A program made the position numbers and the translations under genes. The notes under the pieces were generated by a model. The model did not search any database, was not told where the DNA came from, and was given only the letters and a program-made list of their open reading frames with translations. From the IMG/VR virus record IMGVR_UViG_3300032397_000001: a stretch of 64,000 nucleotides of DNA; one strand, 5' to 3'. The DNA is from a virus. This document shows positions 48,025-56,897 of the stretch, in pieces. The first letter of the stretch is position 1, and every line of letters starts with the position of its first letter.

Positions 48025-51003
48025 ATGCCTCGAATAGAGCACAGAGACGTTTTGTTTTCTGTATCGTCGAGATATTTTTGGGCTCGGATAGATGAAATCA
48101 ATTCTGATGATGACACAGCTGATATTGTTCTAGTTGATTCGAATTCTGAAGACATGTTAGATCCTGAGACAGGAGATCCAATTCTGATTGAAGATGTTCC
48201 TATATTTTTCCATTGTGATCCTGATCCTATTCAACGACCTAATCTCGCGTTAGAAGGAGGTTCAGCAGCGTTTGATATTGACGATATTGTTTACTGTAGG
48301 AAGTCTCAAGGCTCATTTATCAAACCTTTTGTCATTGCTAATTCAGTCTTAAAGAGTTGTGAACCTCCAGGGTTAATCATTGCAACTCCTTCTGGCTTGA
48401 TTCACATGGATCCTATTTCAGCTAATCCTCCTGCTGATTATTTCAGGCAAGACTTCTATATGCGTTGGATAGGCAACAACCGAAAGCATCCTTTAGTTCA
48501 GAGAACAGTGGGAGAATTCTTCTTAGATACACCATGTATTACAATGGATGGTAATGTTGATAAGTGGGCCTATGAAAACAATAAAAGACGTGTAGCAATA
48601 GGTGAAGAAGCTAAGCATGAAGGATTTGCTAAAGCATTCGCCCAAATCAATATGACTACATATAACATGCAGCATCCCATTTTAACTTGTGATCCGAAAA
48701 CATGGTCAAGTACCGCTGGAATTTTCGAGCAACACCAAGCTATCTATTATATGAAAGACTATGCAATCCTGTTTGACAAAATGTTTGATCTTGCAGGAGC
48801 AAGTGACGGCTGGGGGAGACTTGGCATCACTTACGGTAAAACGCAACCTATAGATCGCTCTGATGATGACCCTGAAACCGCTGCATTAAGCTTCCCCATT
48901 GTTTTCCCAGGCACTAATTATGGAGAGAGAGCACAGACACCTAACCCAATTATTAGTGGTAGTGCTAGATTTTTCAAGTGGGTAAACGACGAGAGAAAGA
49001 ACTTTCATTTAATTCACGAGCTTAATATAAATTCTGATTTGAACGCCTGTGCACAATCGTATGCTTCTTATTGTGCAACGAATATGTGTCTCGCACATGA
49101 TTGTGATGGACGAACTCCTGGTGAGAGAGTAAGTGATTATATTGATCCTTGGCATCTCGTAGGAGAAGTTGTTGTTGCAATTCCTGGTCAAGATCCTCCT
49201 TTATCTCTCAACGATGTAATCGATGCTATGTGGATTGGATGGACAGAAAGTGAACTTCATTATGCTGGGCTAATGAACCCTCAAATGAATCACATTGGAT
49301 TTGGGTATGCGTTCAATGCTGGTTGGGGTGCTAATGGTATGTATATAGGTGTTGCCTTAATGCTTAAGAAGATAAGCAAAGGCACATGTGAAAGAGCATA
49401 CGCGGCACCTTCATATGAAGGTGACAGATCACCTAATCCGTATCCAATTAATCTAACAGCTTTTTCCCCGCTAGTTACTGAAGCGCATCCACCTAGGTTA
49501 AGCCTCCTGTATGGTGGTGACTCAATCATTAATAGTTACAAAGCCTTCAGTGCATTTAGTAGGAGACCTAGTTCAACTTACTTATATGGAATCAATATTG
49601 AAGCAGACAGAGTATTATATGACCCAGATGATCCAGCTCAGACGTACATCTTAAGGATGTATGGATCATGTTGTGAAATTAGTCCATCGAGCTTTGCCCT
49701 AACTCCAGGCAATTCCAATCAACAGTTCAGTGATACTGAGTACTATTACAATGATTTGATACTTTGGGCATTAGGAACATATATGTGGTTTCCTGGATAT
49801 ATACCAATTCCAACCTATCCACCTCCATGGTGGCAAACCCCTCCCATTCCCAGAACATTAATTCCTGAAGGAAGGGAATACTTTGAATATCATCCCAGCG
49901 GAAGTTCATTCGTTAAGTTTGATATACGAGGGCATACTCCACAAGAGCTTTACGTTGATGATAACCTTGTTGATTCTGGATTCGATCCTCTTGATCCTCC
50001 AATCATAGAAGGAGATGGTTCTCTCATCACGAGAACTCTATTTAGAAACTCAGCCAGAGTTGCCATTAAATCTCTTACTAGTATTCAACCTTTATCTGTA
50101 TTCCGAACTTGCACAACAAATTATACAGCTGTACTTTACTCCAAAAGTGAAACAAATCTTATCTCCTCAATCAATCAAGTGTGCCATAGCAATCGACTCT
50201 TAGCCTATTATTTTGAAACTGTTATAACTACTTATCTCGCTCTCATTTGCAACGATTCAGTTGTTGATAGAGTTCAATTGCAATCATTCCCTTCACATAA
50301 TTTAAACGATGACACAGCACCTTCATGCGGAGGAGGCATCCCCAAAACCATTTCATGGCGAGCAGATAGTATTCAAGAGAATTTCATTTTTCTTTTTGAT
50401 GGTTGCATTTCTGATATAACAATATCATATGTCAATCCTGATGATAATGTATTATACTCTTATGCATATGAAGACATCGAACTTGGTCCTTGTCCTGTAG
50501 CATTCAAGAATATAGAGCGTTATCAGGGCTTAGTAGAGATTGCTTTTGGTCAGCCAGCTCCCATTCGCAACGTCAATTGTACTTCCAGAGTATCTTCCAA
50601 ATCTGAACCCGCTGAGCCTTGGAGCTATACTTTTTATTGGTCCTTCATTCATTACAATGAGTACGAAGAATTTATTATCCCTCATTCCTTAAATGGTTTT
50701 GTATCCTTATCTCATTCAATTTCTATGTCTGAAGATGGAACCTATATTTTAGTATCAAACACTCCTATGGATGTAACTTTAATTCCATATATAAATTCAA
50801 TCCCAGGCGACCCTAATTTTTGTGATGACGTTTACTCTTATATCATCTCGACAGATCCATCTGAATGGACAATTGACTTTCCTGACAAAGAACGTCCTAA
50901 ATCAGTGGTTCAATTATTTAATAACAATCTAGAACCTTTAACTGATCCTATCTTAACAGGTCAAACATCCAAAGGGATGGGAGAGTATTGTATAGTAAAT
51001 TAA
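48025..51003 (+). CDS. Tail-associated/receptor-binding protein with CAP (SCP) domain
   Basis: VNDER...LNACAQSYA...AH...GRTPGERV...VGEVV...WTESELHYAGLMNPQMNHIGFG; N-terminal VPIFFHC...EGGSAAF. Confidence 0.65.
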   Translation: MPRIEHRDVLFSVSSRYFWARIDEINSDDDTADIVLVDSNSEDMLDPETGDPILIEDVPIFFHCDPDPIQRPNLALEGGSAAFDIDDIVYCRKSQGSFIKPFVIANSVLKSCEPPGLIIATPSGLIHMDPISANPPADYFRQDFYMRWIGNNRKHPLVQRTVGEFFLDTPCITMDGNVDKWAYENNKRRVAIGEEAKHEGFAKAFAQINMTTYNMQHPILTCDPKTWSSTAGIFEQHQAIYYMKDYAILFDKMFDLAGASDGWGRLGITYGKTQPIDRSDDDPETAALSFPIVFPGTNYGERAQTPNPIISGSARFFKWVNDERKNFHLIHELNINSDLNACAQSYASYCATNMCLAHDCDGRTPGERVSDYIDPWHLVGEVVVAIPGQDPPLSLNDVIDAMWIGWTESELHYAGLMNPQMNHIGFGYAFNAGWGANGMYIGVALMLKKISKGTCERAYAAPSYEGDRSPNPYPINLTAFSPLVTEAHPPRLSLLYGGDSIINSYKAFSAFSRRPSSTYLYGINIEADRVLYDPDDPAQTYILRMYGSCCEISPSSFALTPGNSNQQFSDTEYYYNDLILWALGTYMWFPGYIPIPTYPPPWWQTPPIPRTLIPEGREYFEYHPSGSSFVKFDIRGHTPQELYVDDNLVDSGFDPLDPPIIEGDGSLITRTLFRNSARVAIKSLTSIQPLSVFRTCTTNYTAVLYSKSETNLISSINQVCHSNRLLAYYFETVITTYLALICNDSVVDRVQLQSFPSHNLNDDTAPSCGGGIPKTISWRADSIQENFIFLFDGCISDITISYVNPDDNVLYSYAYEDIELGPCPVAFKNIERYQGLVEIAFGQPAPIRNVNCTSRVSSKSEPAEPWSYTFYWSFIHYNEYEEFIIPHSLNGFVSLSHSISMSEDGTYILVSNTPMDVTLIPYINSIPGDPNFCDDVYSYIISTDPSEWTIDFPDKERPKSVVQLFNNNLEPLTDPILTGQTSKGMGEYCIVN

Positions 51004-51049
51004 ATTAAATATAGCTTGTTGATTAAGGAGTTGTCTAGCTAACAACCTT

Positions 51050-51432
51050 ATAAATACCTCATATTTCCTTCCTATACACACACAGCATAAATACCTCATA
51101 AATACCTCATAAATACCTTAACTTTCTCCACTTATTTAGGCTAACGCTAACGCTAACGCTATAAATACCTCTTATTTAGTTAAGCTAACGCTAACGCTAT
51201 AAATACCTCTTATTTAGTTAAGCTAAGGCTAAAGCTAAAGCTAACGTTAAAGCTAAGCTAACGCTATAAATACCTCTTATTTAGTTAAGCTAACGTTAAA
51301 GCTAAAGCTAAAGCTAACGTTAAAGCTAAAGCTAAAGCTAACGCTAAATAAATACCTCTTATTTAGTTAAGCTAACGCTAACGTTAACGCTAAAGCTAAA
51401 GCTAAATAAATACCTCATAAATACCTCTTATT
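51050..51432. repeat. Array A: ~10 copies of ATAAATACCTC separated by GCTAAC/GCTAAA/GTTAAA hexamer runs
   Basis: Read directly from the sequence. Confidence 0.95.
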
Positions 51433-51704
51433 ATGGCTAAAAAGCTGTTTGGGAATGTAAATATTGGGCGCCAAATGATGGCCTCCCGCTGGGGGGGAGC
51501 GGGGCCGTAAAGTCTATGTTTTATATAGAAATTTCTAGAATCTTTTAGTCTAGAGTTTGAGGTAAATAGGCGCTATTTGAGGTATGTATATTATATGTGA
51601 TTATGCGAATATCGATATATAGGAGGTATTTATCATTGAAAATATCATCATTATGAGTAATAGAGAAGGGTACTTTGTTTATTAACTACGAAAGGAGAAG
51701 TGCT

Positions 51705-51965
51705 ATGGAGAAAGAAGAGTTAGATCCTAATCTCAGTTTAACGAAAGGAGAATCTATGAAAGAAGACATTCAGATTCAAGAACAGTTCGTTAACCAGTAC
51801 AAGGTAACACTCGATGAGTACAAGCAGCGGGATGGCTTTTCAGAAATCTGGATCTGTGTTCGAGAGTTATCATCATTCGGAAGATGGATTCCTTCAAGAG
51901 ATTACGTCGCTGTCAAGTTCAGGAGATGGCTTGCTGATGGGTTAAGGTTGAGAAACATCTATTAA
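51705..51965 (+). CDS. Hypothetical protein
   Basis: AAAGGAG RBS before ATG 51705. Confidence 0.6.
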   Translation: MEKEELDPNLSLTKGESMKEDIQIQEQFVNQYKVTLDEYKQRDGFSEIWICVRELSSFGRWIPSRDYVAVKFRRWLADGLRLRNIY

Positions 51966-52000
51966 CAATGACCACAACCAGAGAAGAATGGAGGTACAAG

Positions 52001-52294
52001 ATGAACAAATTAAAACTTATCGATTCAATGAGGCAATCAATCGAGGGAATGGTTAACAAACTTATCGAGGAGTATGGTGACAATTCAGGGCTCTTCGACG
52101 TGATTATTCGTCGTCAACATGTCAAAGGTTGTAAAGATGTCGAAGAAGGAATTGATGTCTTTGTATCTGTTGAGGTTGGTCGTGAATTCGTTGAGCTAGT
52201 TGATGACTCATGGGCCGTTGAAGAGGAATGGTACAATCAAATACCATACAAACATAAAAGTGCTTACAATCTGTGGAGAAAGTTACTGTGGTAG
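52001..52294 (+). CDS. Hypothetical protein
   Basis: GGAGGT RBS before ATG 52001. Confidence 0.65.
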   Translation: MNKLKLIDSMRQSIEGMVNKLIEEYGDNSGLFDVIIRRQHVKGCKDVEEGIDVFVSVEVGREFVELVDDSWAVEEEWYNQIPYKHKSAYNLWRKLLW

Positions 52295-52335
52295 AAATGA
52301 CTAAACTTTTTAACATTCAATGGAGGTGATTAAAA

Positions 52336-52521
52336 ATGGCAATCAAAGATGAGCTTCTCGAAATCAATGAGATTCTGCAGCAGTGGTTAGAAGGAGGCAT
52401 GACAGAAGAGGAAGCAATGAGGCATATTATCGTTGTTGTGGCTAAGCAATTGACTTCAATGAAGGAAGATGTCTCTCCTGTGATAGGGCAATACGTGATC
52501 TGGAGCAAGAAATTTGAGTGA
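52336..52521 (+). CDS. Small hypothetical protein (MAIKDELL...), source of partial copies at 53755-54025
   Basis: GGAGGTGA RBS; followed by a hairpin. Confidence 0.7.
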   Translation: MAIKDELLEINEILQQWLEGGMTEEEAMRHIIVVVAKQLTSMKEDVSPVIGQYVIWSKKFE

Positions 52522-52578
52522 TTAATGTCAATACGAGATCTAAGCTTTACTGTTTAGGTCTCGTGTTTACTCTTAATC
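52520..52578 (+). terminator. Long hairpin, putative terminator or processing site
   Basis: atacgagatctaa/ttaggtctcgtgt stem with gattaa/ttaatc outer arms. Confidence 0.5.
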
Positions 52579-52673
52579 AGTGGTAACCGTTGTCTTTATA
52601 GGAGGGAATAGTTATGAAAGAATATTACTGGTCAGCAGATACTTGATCTATTTCAGTAAGGGAGGGTATAATC

Positions 52674-53054
52674 ATGAGAAAGATTGTATTTGCAGTATCG
52701 TGTACATTCCTAATCGGTATCAACTTAACTCATTGTCATCAGTGTACGGTTTCTCGCGTGATAGATGGTGATACTATTGAATGTGCTGAATTCATTCGGC
52801 ATATTAGACTTGAAGGAATTGATACTCCTGAAGTAGGTGATCAACATGGCCTTATAGTTAAGGAGGTACTTGAAACATTCATTCTCGGAAAGGAGGTGAC
52901 ATTTAGGTATAATCATTGTGATCACTATGGTCGTATTGTAGGTACTGTTTATGAAGGAGGTGATAACATTAACAAAGCAATGCTTAGATGTATCTATGTG
53001 AAACCATTTAGGTGGAAAGATCAATCACGTAATCAACAATGTGAGATTGAATGA
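52674..53054 (+). CDS. Thermonuclease (SNase) family protein with signal-like N-terminus
   Basis: VIDGDTI, IRLEGIDTPE, DHYGRIVG, INKAML. Confidence 0.85.
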   Translation: MRKIVFAVSCTFLIGINLTHCHQCTVSRVIDGDTIECAEFIRHIRLEGIDTPEVGDQHGLIVKEVLETFILGKEVTFRYNHCDHYGRIVGTVYEGGDNINKAMLRCIYVKPFRWKDQSRNQQCEIE

Positions 53055-53368
53055 AAGGAGGTTATTATAAAATGTCAGAAGAAGCATTGAAAGAGTTTGA
53101 GAGAGTACGACAAGAAATGCGCAATCCAGAACAACAGTCGATTGAACTTGACTGTGCTCCTGGGTATCCTCGCCCAGGAGATCTCATCGATGGAGTAATT
53201 GAAGGGTTAGGTCTCGAAAAGAAGGAGACATGCTCTAAAGTATTTGGTAATTGGAAATGGGTTTATCCAGAGGTTCCTGCAGAGAAGTGGAAAGAGATTC
53301 GAGAAGTACTCAAGGAAAGAATTTCAAAGCTCTATAATAGTGGGGTAATTCGCTATGGTAGTTGGTAG
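53051..53368 (+). CDS. Hypothetical protein (likely start 53072)
   Basis: AAAGGAGG RBS; IELDCAPGYPRPGDL...IRYGSW. Confidence 0.7.
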   Translation: MKGGYYKMSEEALKEFERVRQEMRNPEQQSIELDCAPGYPRPGDLIDGVIEGLGLEKKETCSKVFGNWKWVYPEVPAEKWKEIREVLKERISKLYNSGVIRYGSW

Positions 53369-53404
53369 TAACGATTCATCCAGAGAAGAATGGAGGTGAT
53401 TAAG

Positions 53405-53623
53405 ATGCTATTTGGTCCATGCGTTGGTGGTAAGTGTCCATATTACAGTAGAGCATTGAAGAAATGTAAACTCGGAAAGGCTAACCCTACAACAGAAAAG
53501 AGAACTCTCGAAGTTGTTGAGTTAATGGGCTGGTCTTACATCTGTATGCGGAACCCTTGGAAGAAAGAGGCCTTGTTTCAAATCTCACAGAAGAAAGGAG
53601 AGAGTGAGGTTGCAAGTTCTTGA
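53405..53623 (+). CDS. Small Cys-containing hypothetical protein
   Basis: GGAGGTGA RBS; C-x4-CPY...C...C. Confidence 0.6.
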   Translation: MLFGPCVGGKCPYYSRALKKCKLGKANPTTEKRTLEVVELMGWSYICMRNPWKKEALFQISQKKGESEVASS

Positions 53624-53656
53624 TAATGAGTTATTTCCCGGAAGGAGAAAGCCAAG

Positions 53657-53758
53657 ATGAAAAAAGATTGTTGGCATCCAGAAGACGTTCCTCTGTGGAG
53701 AAAGGTATGGTTGTTAATCCGTTACGCAATCAAGAATCGTTGTAGAAAGGAGGTATGA
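53657..53758 (+). CDS. 33-aa hypothetical protein, paralog of 1..87
   Basis: GAAGGAG RBS; MKKDCWHPEDVPLWRKVWLLIRYAIKNRCRKEV*. Confidence 0.5.
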   Translation: MKKDCWHPEDVPLWRKVWLLIRYAIKNRCRKEV

Positions 53759-54025
53759 CAGAAGAGGAAGCAATGAGGCATATTAGCGTTGTTGTGACTA
53801 AGCAATTGACAACATTCAATGGAGGTGATTAAAAATGGCAATCAAAGATGAGCTTCTCGAAATCAATGAGATTCTGCAGCAGTGGTTAGAAGGAGGCATG
53901 ACAGAAGAGGAAGCAATGAGGCATATTATCGTTGTTGTGGCTAAGCAATTGACTTCAATGTTGGTGGTGATTAAAAATGGCAATCAAAATCAATGAGAAT
54001 CTGCAGCAGTGGTTAGAAGGAGGTG
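53755..54025 (+). repeat. Rearranged partial copies of 52312-52461
   Basis: 53811-53960 identical to 52312-52461; flanked by diverged or deleted partial copies. Confidence 0.9.
53835..53996 (+). CDS. Chimeric copy of 52336 gene with new C-terminus (53 aa)
   Basis: Same RBS and first 42 codons as 52336..52521. Confidence 0.45.
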   Translation: MAIKDELLEINEILQQWLEGGMTEEEAMRHIIVVVAKQLTSMLVVIKNGNQNQ

Positions 54026-54114
54026 AAATGAGAATCGTTGTAGTTGTCTTCGGTTCATTAGTGTCTATGGCTATCTTTGCGTTAATGGTTTACATCGCTC
54101 ATCAGATTCATTAG
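53977..54114 (+). CDS. Small membrane protein with N-terminus derived from the 52336 gene (alternative start 54028)
   Basis: MAIKINENLQQWLEGGE-MRIVVVVFGSLVSMAIFALMVYIAHQIH*. Confidence 0.45.
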   Translation: MAIKINENLQQWLEGGEMRIVVVVFGSLVSMAIFALMVYIAHQIH

Positions 54115-54125
54115 GAGGATTCACA

Positions 54126-54326
54126 ATGGAGATTAACAGAGAACTCGACAACTTCAAACAGCTGCTTGAGACTCGTAATCAGATCCTTCAAGACAAAATT
54201 CATCTTCTTGAGAAGGAGAGACTCTTCCTTCAAGCTGCGAAGGAGTCGGTCTTGAATTTCGGTCTTGTGGATCTCCTCGATATCAACTGGTCTAAAATGA
54301 GATATTTCGTTCGACGTGGTGGCTAG
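54126..54326 (+). CDS. Small coiled-coil hypothetical protein
   Basis: AGGAGG RBS. Confidence 0.65.
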   Translation: MEINRELDNFKQLLETRNQILQDKIHLLEKERLFLQAAKESVLNFGLVDLLDINWSKMRYFVRRGG

Positions 54327-54343
54327 AACACCTAGGACCAGTC

Positions 54344-54388
54344 GAGTCACCTCTGATCCTTGAGTCACCTCTGATCCTTGAGTCACCT
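54344..54388. repeat. 18-bp tandem repeat, 2.5 copies (GAGTCACCTCTGATCCTT)
   Basis: Read directly. Confidence 0.9.
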
Positions 54389-54544
54389 TACATCTAATAC
54401 TAAAGTTAGTAGTTTATGCTTTGTGTGATTCTTGTGAAAGGAGGTGATATGGTTATCTATATTATACTCATACTCTTTGTGTGGGTATACTGGGGCAGGT
54501 GGTGAGGGGGCTTAACGCCACTATAGAGAGGAGGTGAAAACAGA

Positions 54545-54889
54545 ATGGCAGAAGACCTCAACGCAATGTTCGCAGCTGCCGAGAAGGCGGTGGCCAACGG
54601 CCTTGACAAGTACGCAGGTACAGGTCAGGGTTTGAGAGGCATCATCTTCACGGCGATGGATGAGTTCAGGAAAGCGAACAAGAGCAAGACGTACAGACGC
54701 GCTGCTCTTGTACGATACCTCCTGACTCTGAAACCTGTTCAGGCCGGGCTGATTGCGACTGCAGAGCGTGTCATTGGCTTCGGTAAGCAAGACGCGATGC
54801 AGAGACTAAATAACCATCTCGGCCAGTGGTCCAAAAAGCGAGGCTGCAAGGAAGGCGGCGCTCGCGGAACGACCACAGTAACCCTGTAA
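54545..54889 (+). CDS. Basic hypothetical protein with GC-rich codons
   Basis: GGAGGTG RBS; own terminator. Confidence 0.75.
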   Translation: MAEDLNAMFAAAEKAVANGLDKYAGTGQGLRGIIFTAMDEFRKANKSKTYRRAALVRYLLTLKPVQAGLIATAERVIGFGKQDAMQRLNNHLGQWSKKRGCKEGGARGTTTVTL

Positions 54890-54894
54890 CAGCT

Positions 54895-54929
54895 AGAGGA
54901 GGTAGGGCTTGTCCTTGCCTCCTCTTTTT
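54895..54929 (+). terminator. Intrinsic terminator
   Basis: agaggaggtaggg/ccttgcctcctct stem plus T-tract. Confidence 0.75.
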
Positions 54930-55544
54930 CTGCTTAACCAAAACATTTTTTTGTTTACCTCAAACCTATACACACACAGCTTACATGTCTCCTCGGTCCA
55001 CTCCGCTCGGCGTCGTTACCTTTCCTGTTTGACTCAGCCTACGCGCCCCGCGGAACTTACTGGGGATTGTACGTTAAAAAGTTTAGTCATTGTATTTCCC
55101 ATATTGTGAGATTAGTTTTCAGGTAGGGGCCGGCCCTAAAAACTTAGCTAACTATTTGATTTTATTATGTTTTTTGAAGAATGTGACTTGAGCAACTAAT
55201 AGGGAATAATTGTTCTAAAATAATCGTTAAGCACTATAAAAGTAGACAAGTTATATTCATGTCATTCCTAATGCTGTTCGCTAATTCATGTCATAGGCCA
55301 ATAAAGATTTTCTTTGAGCCCGTGACTATTATATTATGAACAAATACAAACTGATACAAAACTCTAAAACAAACTGATACAAAACTCTAAAACAAGCTAA
55401 TACGTTCAATGTGTTATAATGAGATAAAGTAAGCCCAAAGTTATTCTGTAACAAGTTTAGTCTTAATTCGTTTTAGTGATAAGTTTATTTGTTCCTTGAT
55501 CCAAAGTTATTCTGATGCGCTAAGTGCTACCAGATATATAGTAT

Positions 55545-55786
55545 GCTGAGTGTCAATCGTTAGCTGAGAGTCAATCGTAAGTGTCAATCGTTAGCTGAGT
55601 GTCAATCGTAAGTGTCAATCGTTAGCTGAGAGTCAATCGTAAGTGTCAATCGTAAGTGTCAATCGTAAGTGTCAATCGTAAGTGTCAATCGTAAGTGTCA
55701 ATCGTAAGTGTCAATCGTTAGCTGAGTGTCAATCGTAAGTGCCAATCGTTAGCTGAGTGTCAATCGTAAGTGTCAATCGTTAGCTG
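55545..55786. repeat. Array B: 16 copies of a G(T/A)GTCAATCGT core in 13-bp and 18-bp units
   Basis: Read directly; most cores read TTGACA on the minus strand. Confidence 0.95.
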
Positions 55787-55898
55787 GGGGCCCCCCCGGG
55801 AAGAGATAATGAACGCGTAGCCGGGCTGGACCGGGCCGGGTAGGGTGCATTGAAATTAACTATTTCCAAAAGTAACTATTTCCGGAAATCGTGATAGG

Positions 55899-56460
55899 GA
55901 TAGGGCTAATAGTTATAGTTATAGTTATAGTTTAAAGCTAAGGATAGGGCTAATAGTTATAGTTATAGTTATAGTTTAAAGCTAAGGCTAGGGCTAATAG
56001 TTATAGTTATAGTTATAGTTATAGTTTAAAGCTAAGGCTAGGGCTAATAGTTATAGTTATAGTTTAAAGCTAAGGCTAGGGCTAATAGTTATAGTTATAG
56101 TTATAGTTTAAAGCTAAGGCTAGGGCTAATAGTTATAGTTATAGTTTAAAGCTAAGGCTAGGGCTAATAGTTATAGTTATAGTTATAGTTTAAGGCTAAG
56201 GCTAGGGCTAATAGTTATAGTTATAGTTTAAAGCTAAGGCTAGGGCTAATAGTTATAGTTATAGTTATAGTTTAAGGCTAAGGCTAGGGCTAAGTTAAGC
56301 TAAAGCTAAGGCTAGGGCTAATAGTTATAGTTATAGTTTAAAGCTAAGGCTAGGGCTAATAGTTATAGTTAAGTTAAGTTAAGCTAAGCTAAGTTAAGTT
56401 AAGTTAAAGCTAATTTAGGCTAAGTTAAGTTAGGCTAAGTTAAGCTAATTTAGGCTAAAG
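55899..56460. repeat. Array C: ~12 units of TAGGGCTAATAG(TTATAG)2-4TTTAA(A/G)GCTAAGGC, ending in TAAGT/TAAGC pentamers
   Basis: Read directly. Confidence 0.95.
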
Positions 56461-56482
56461 CCAAACCAATATCGAGGTCAGA

Positions 56483-56830
56483 ATGAAAAATCTCATATGC
56501 TTTAGTCTTGTCATTATAAGCTTACTGCTATCGAGTACAGCTTACTCCACCCAGGCGACATTTACTTGGAACGCCAATTCAGAAAGTGATCTATCAGGTT
56601 ACAAACTATATCAGAGTGATGTTAGTGGAAAATATATTAAAGGTAACTATCTTACAACTATCTACGCTCCCAGCACAACGTGTACTATCAATGTCCCTGA
56701 ACTATCTCTGCACAAGATGATCTATTGGGTATTAACTGCTTTTGATGTTGCTGGAAACGAGAGCAGTTTTTCGAGTGAAGTAAATAGAGTGATTCCAACA
56801 GATCCTGGAGAACCCATTGTGTTTCATTAA
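56483..56830 (+). CDS. Secreted fibronectin type III domain protein
   Basis: Signal peptide; WNANSESDLSGYKLY...LTAFDVAGNESSFSSEV. Confidence 0.8.
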   Translation: MKNLICFSLVIISLLLSSTAYSTQATFTWNANSESDLSGYKLYQSDVSGKYIKGNYLTTIYAPSTTCTINVPELSLHKMIYWVLTAFDVAGNESSFSSEVNRVIPTDPGEPIVFH

Positions 56831-56897
56831 ACGTTTGAGAAGAATCTATTTTGGCTGGAGAATTGGTATTCCACGATTGAATGAAAGGAGTGTCACT

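Noticed and set aside
51050-51432. CRISPR array (constant core with variable spacers)
   Set aside because: Spacers are low-complexity hexamer strings of very unequal length, not unique sequences; no cas genes
52580-52771. 63-aa ORF overlapping the thermonuclease gene
   Set aside because: Large out-of-frame overlap with a well-supported gene; no motif support
55545-56460. CRISPR array or true telomere
   Set aside because: Tandem units without unique spacers; internal position; no telomerase or protelomerase gene in the window
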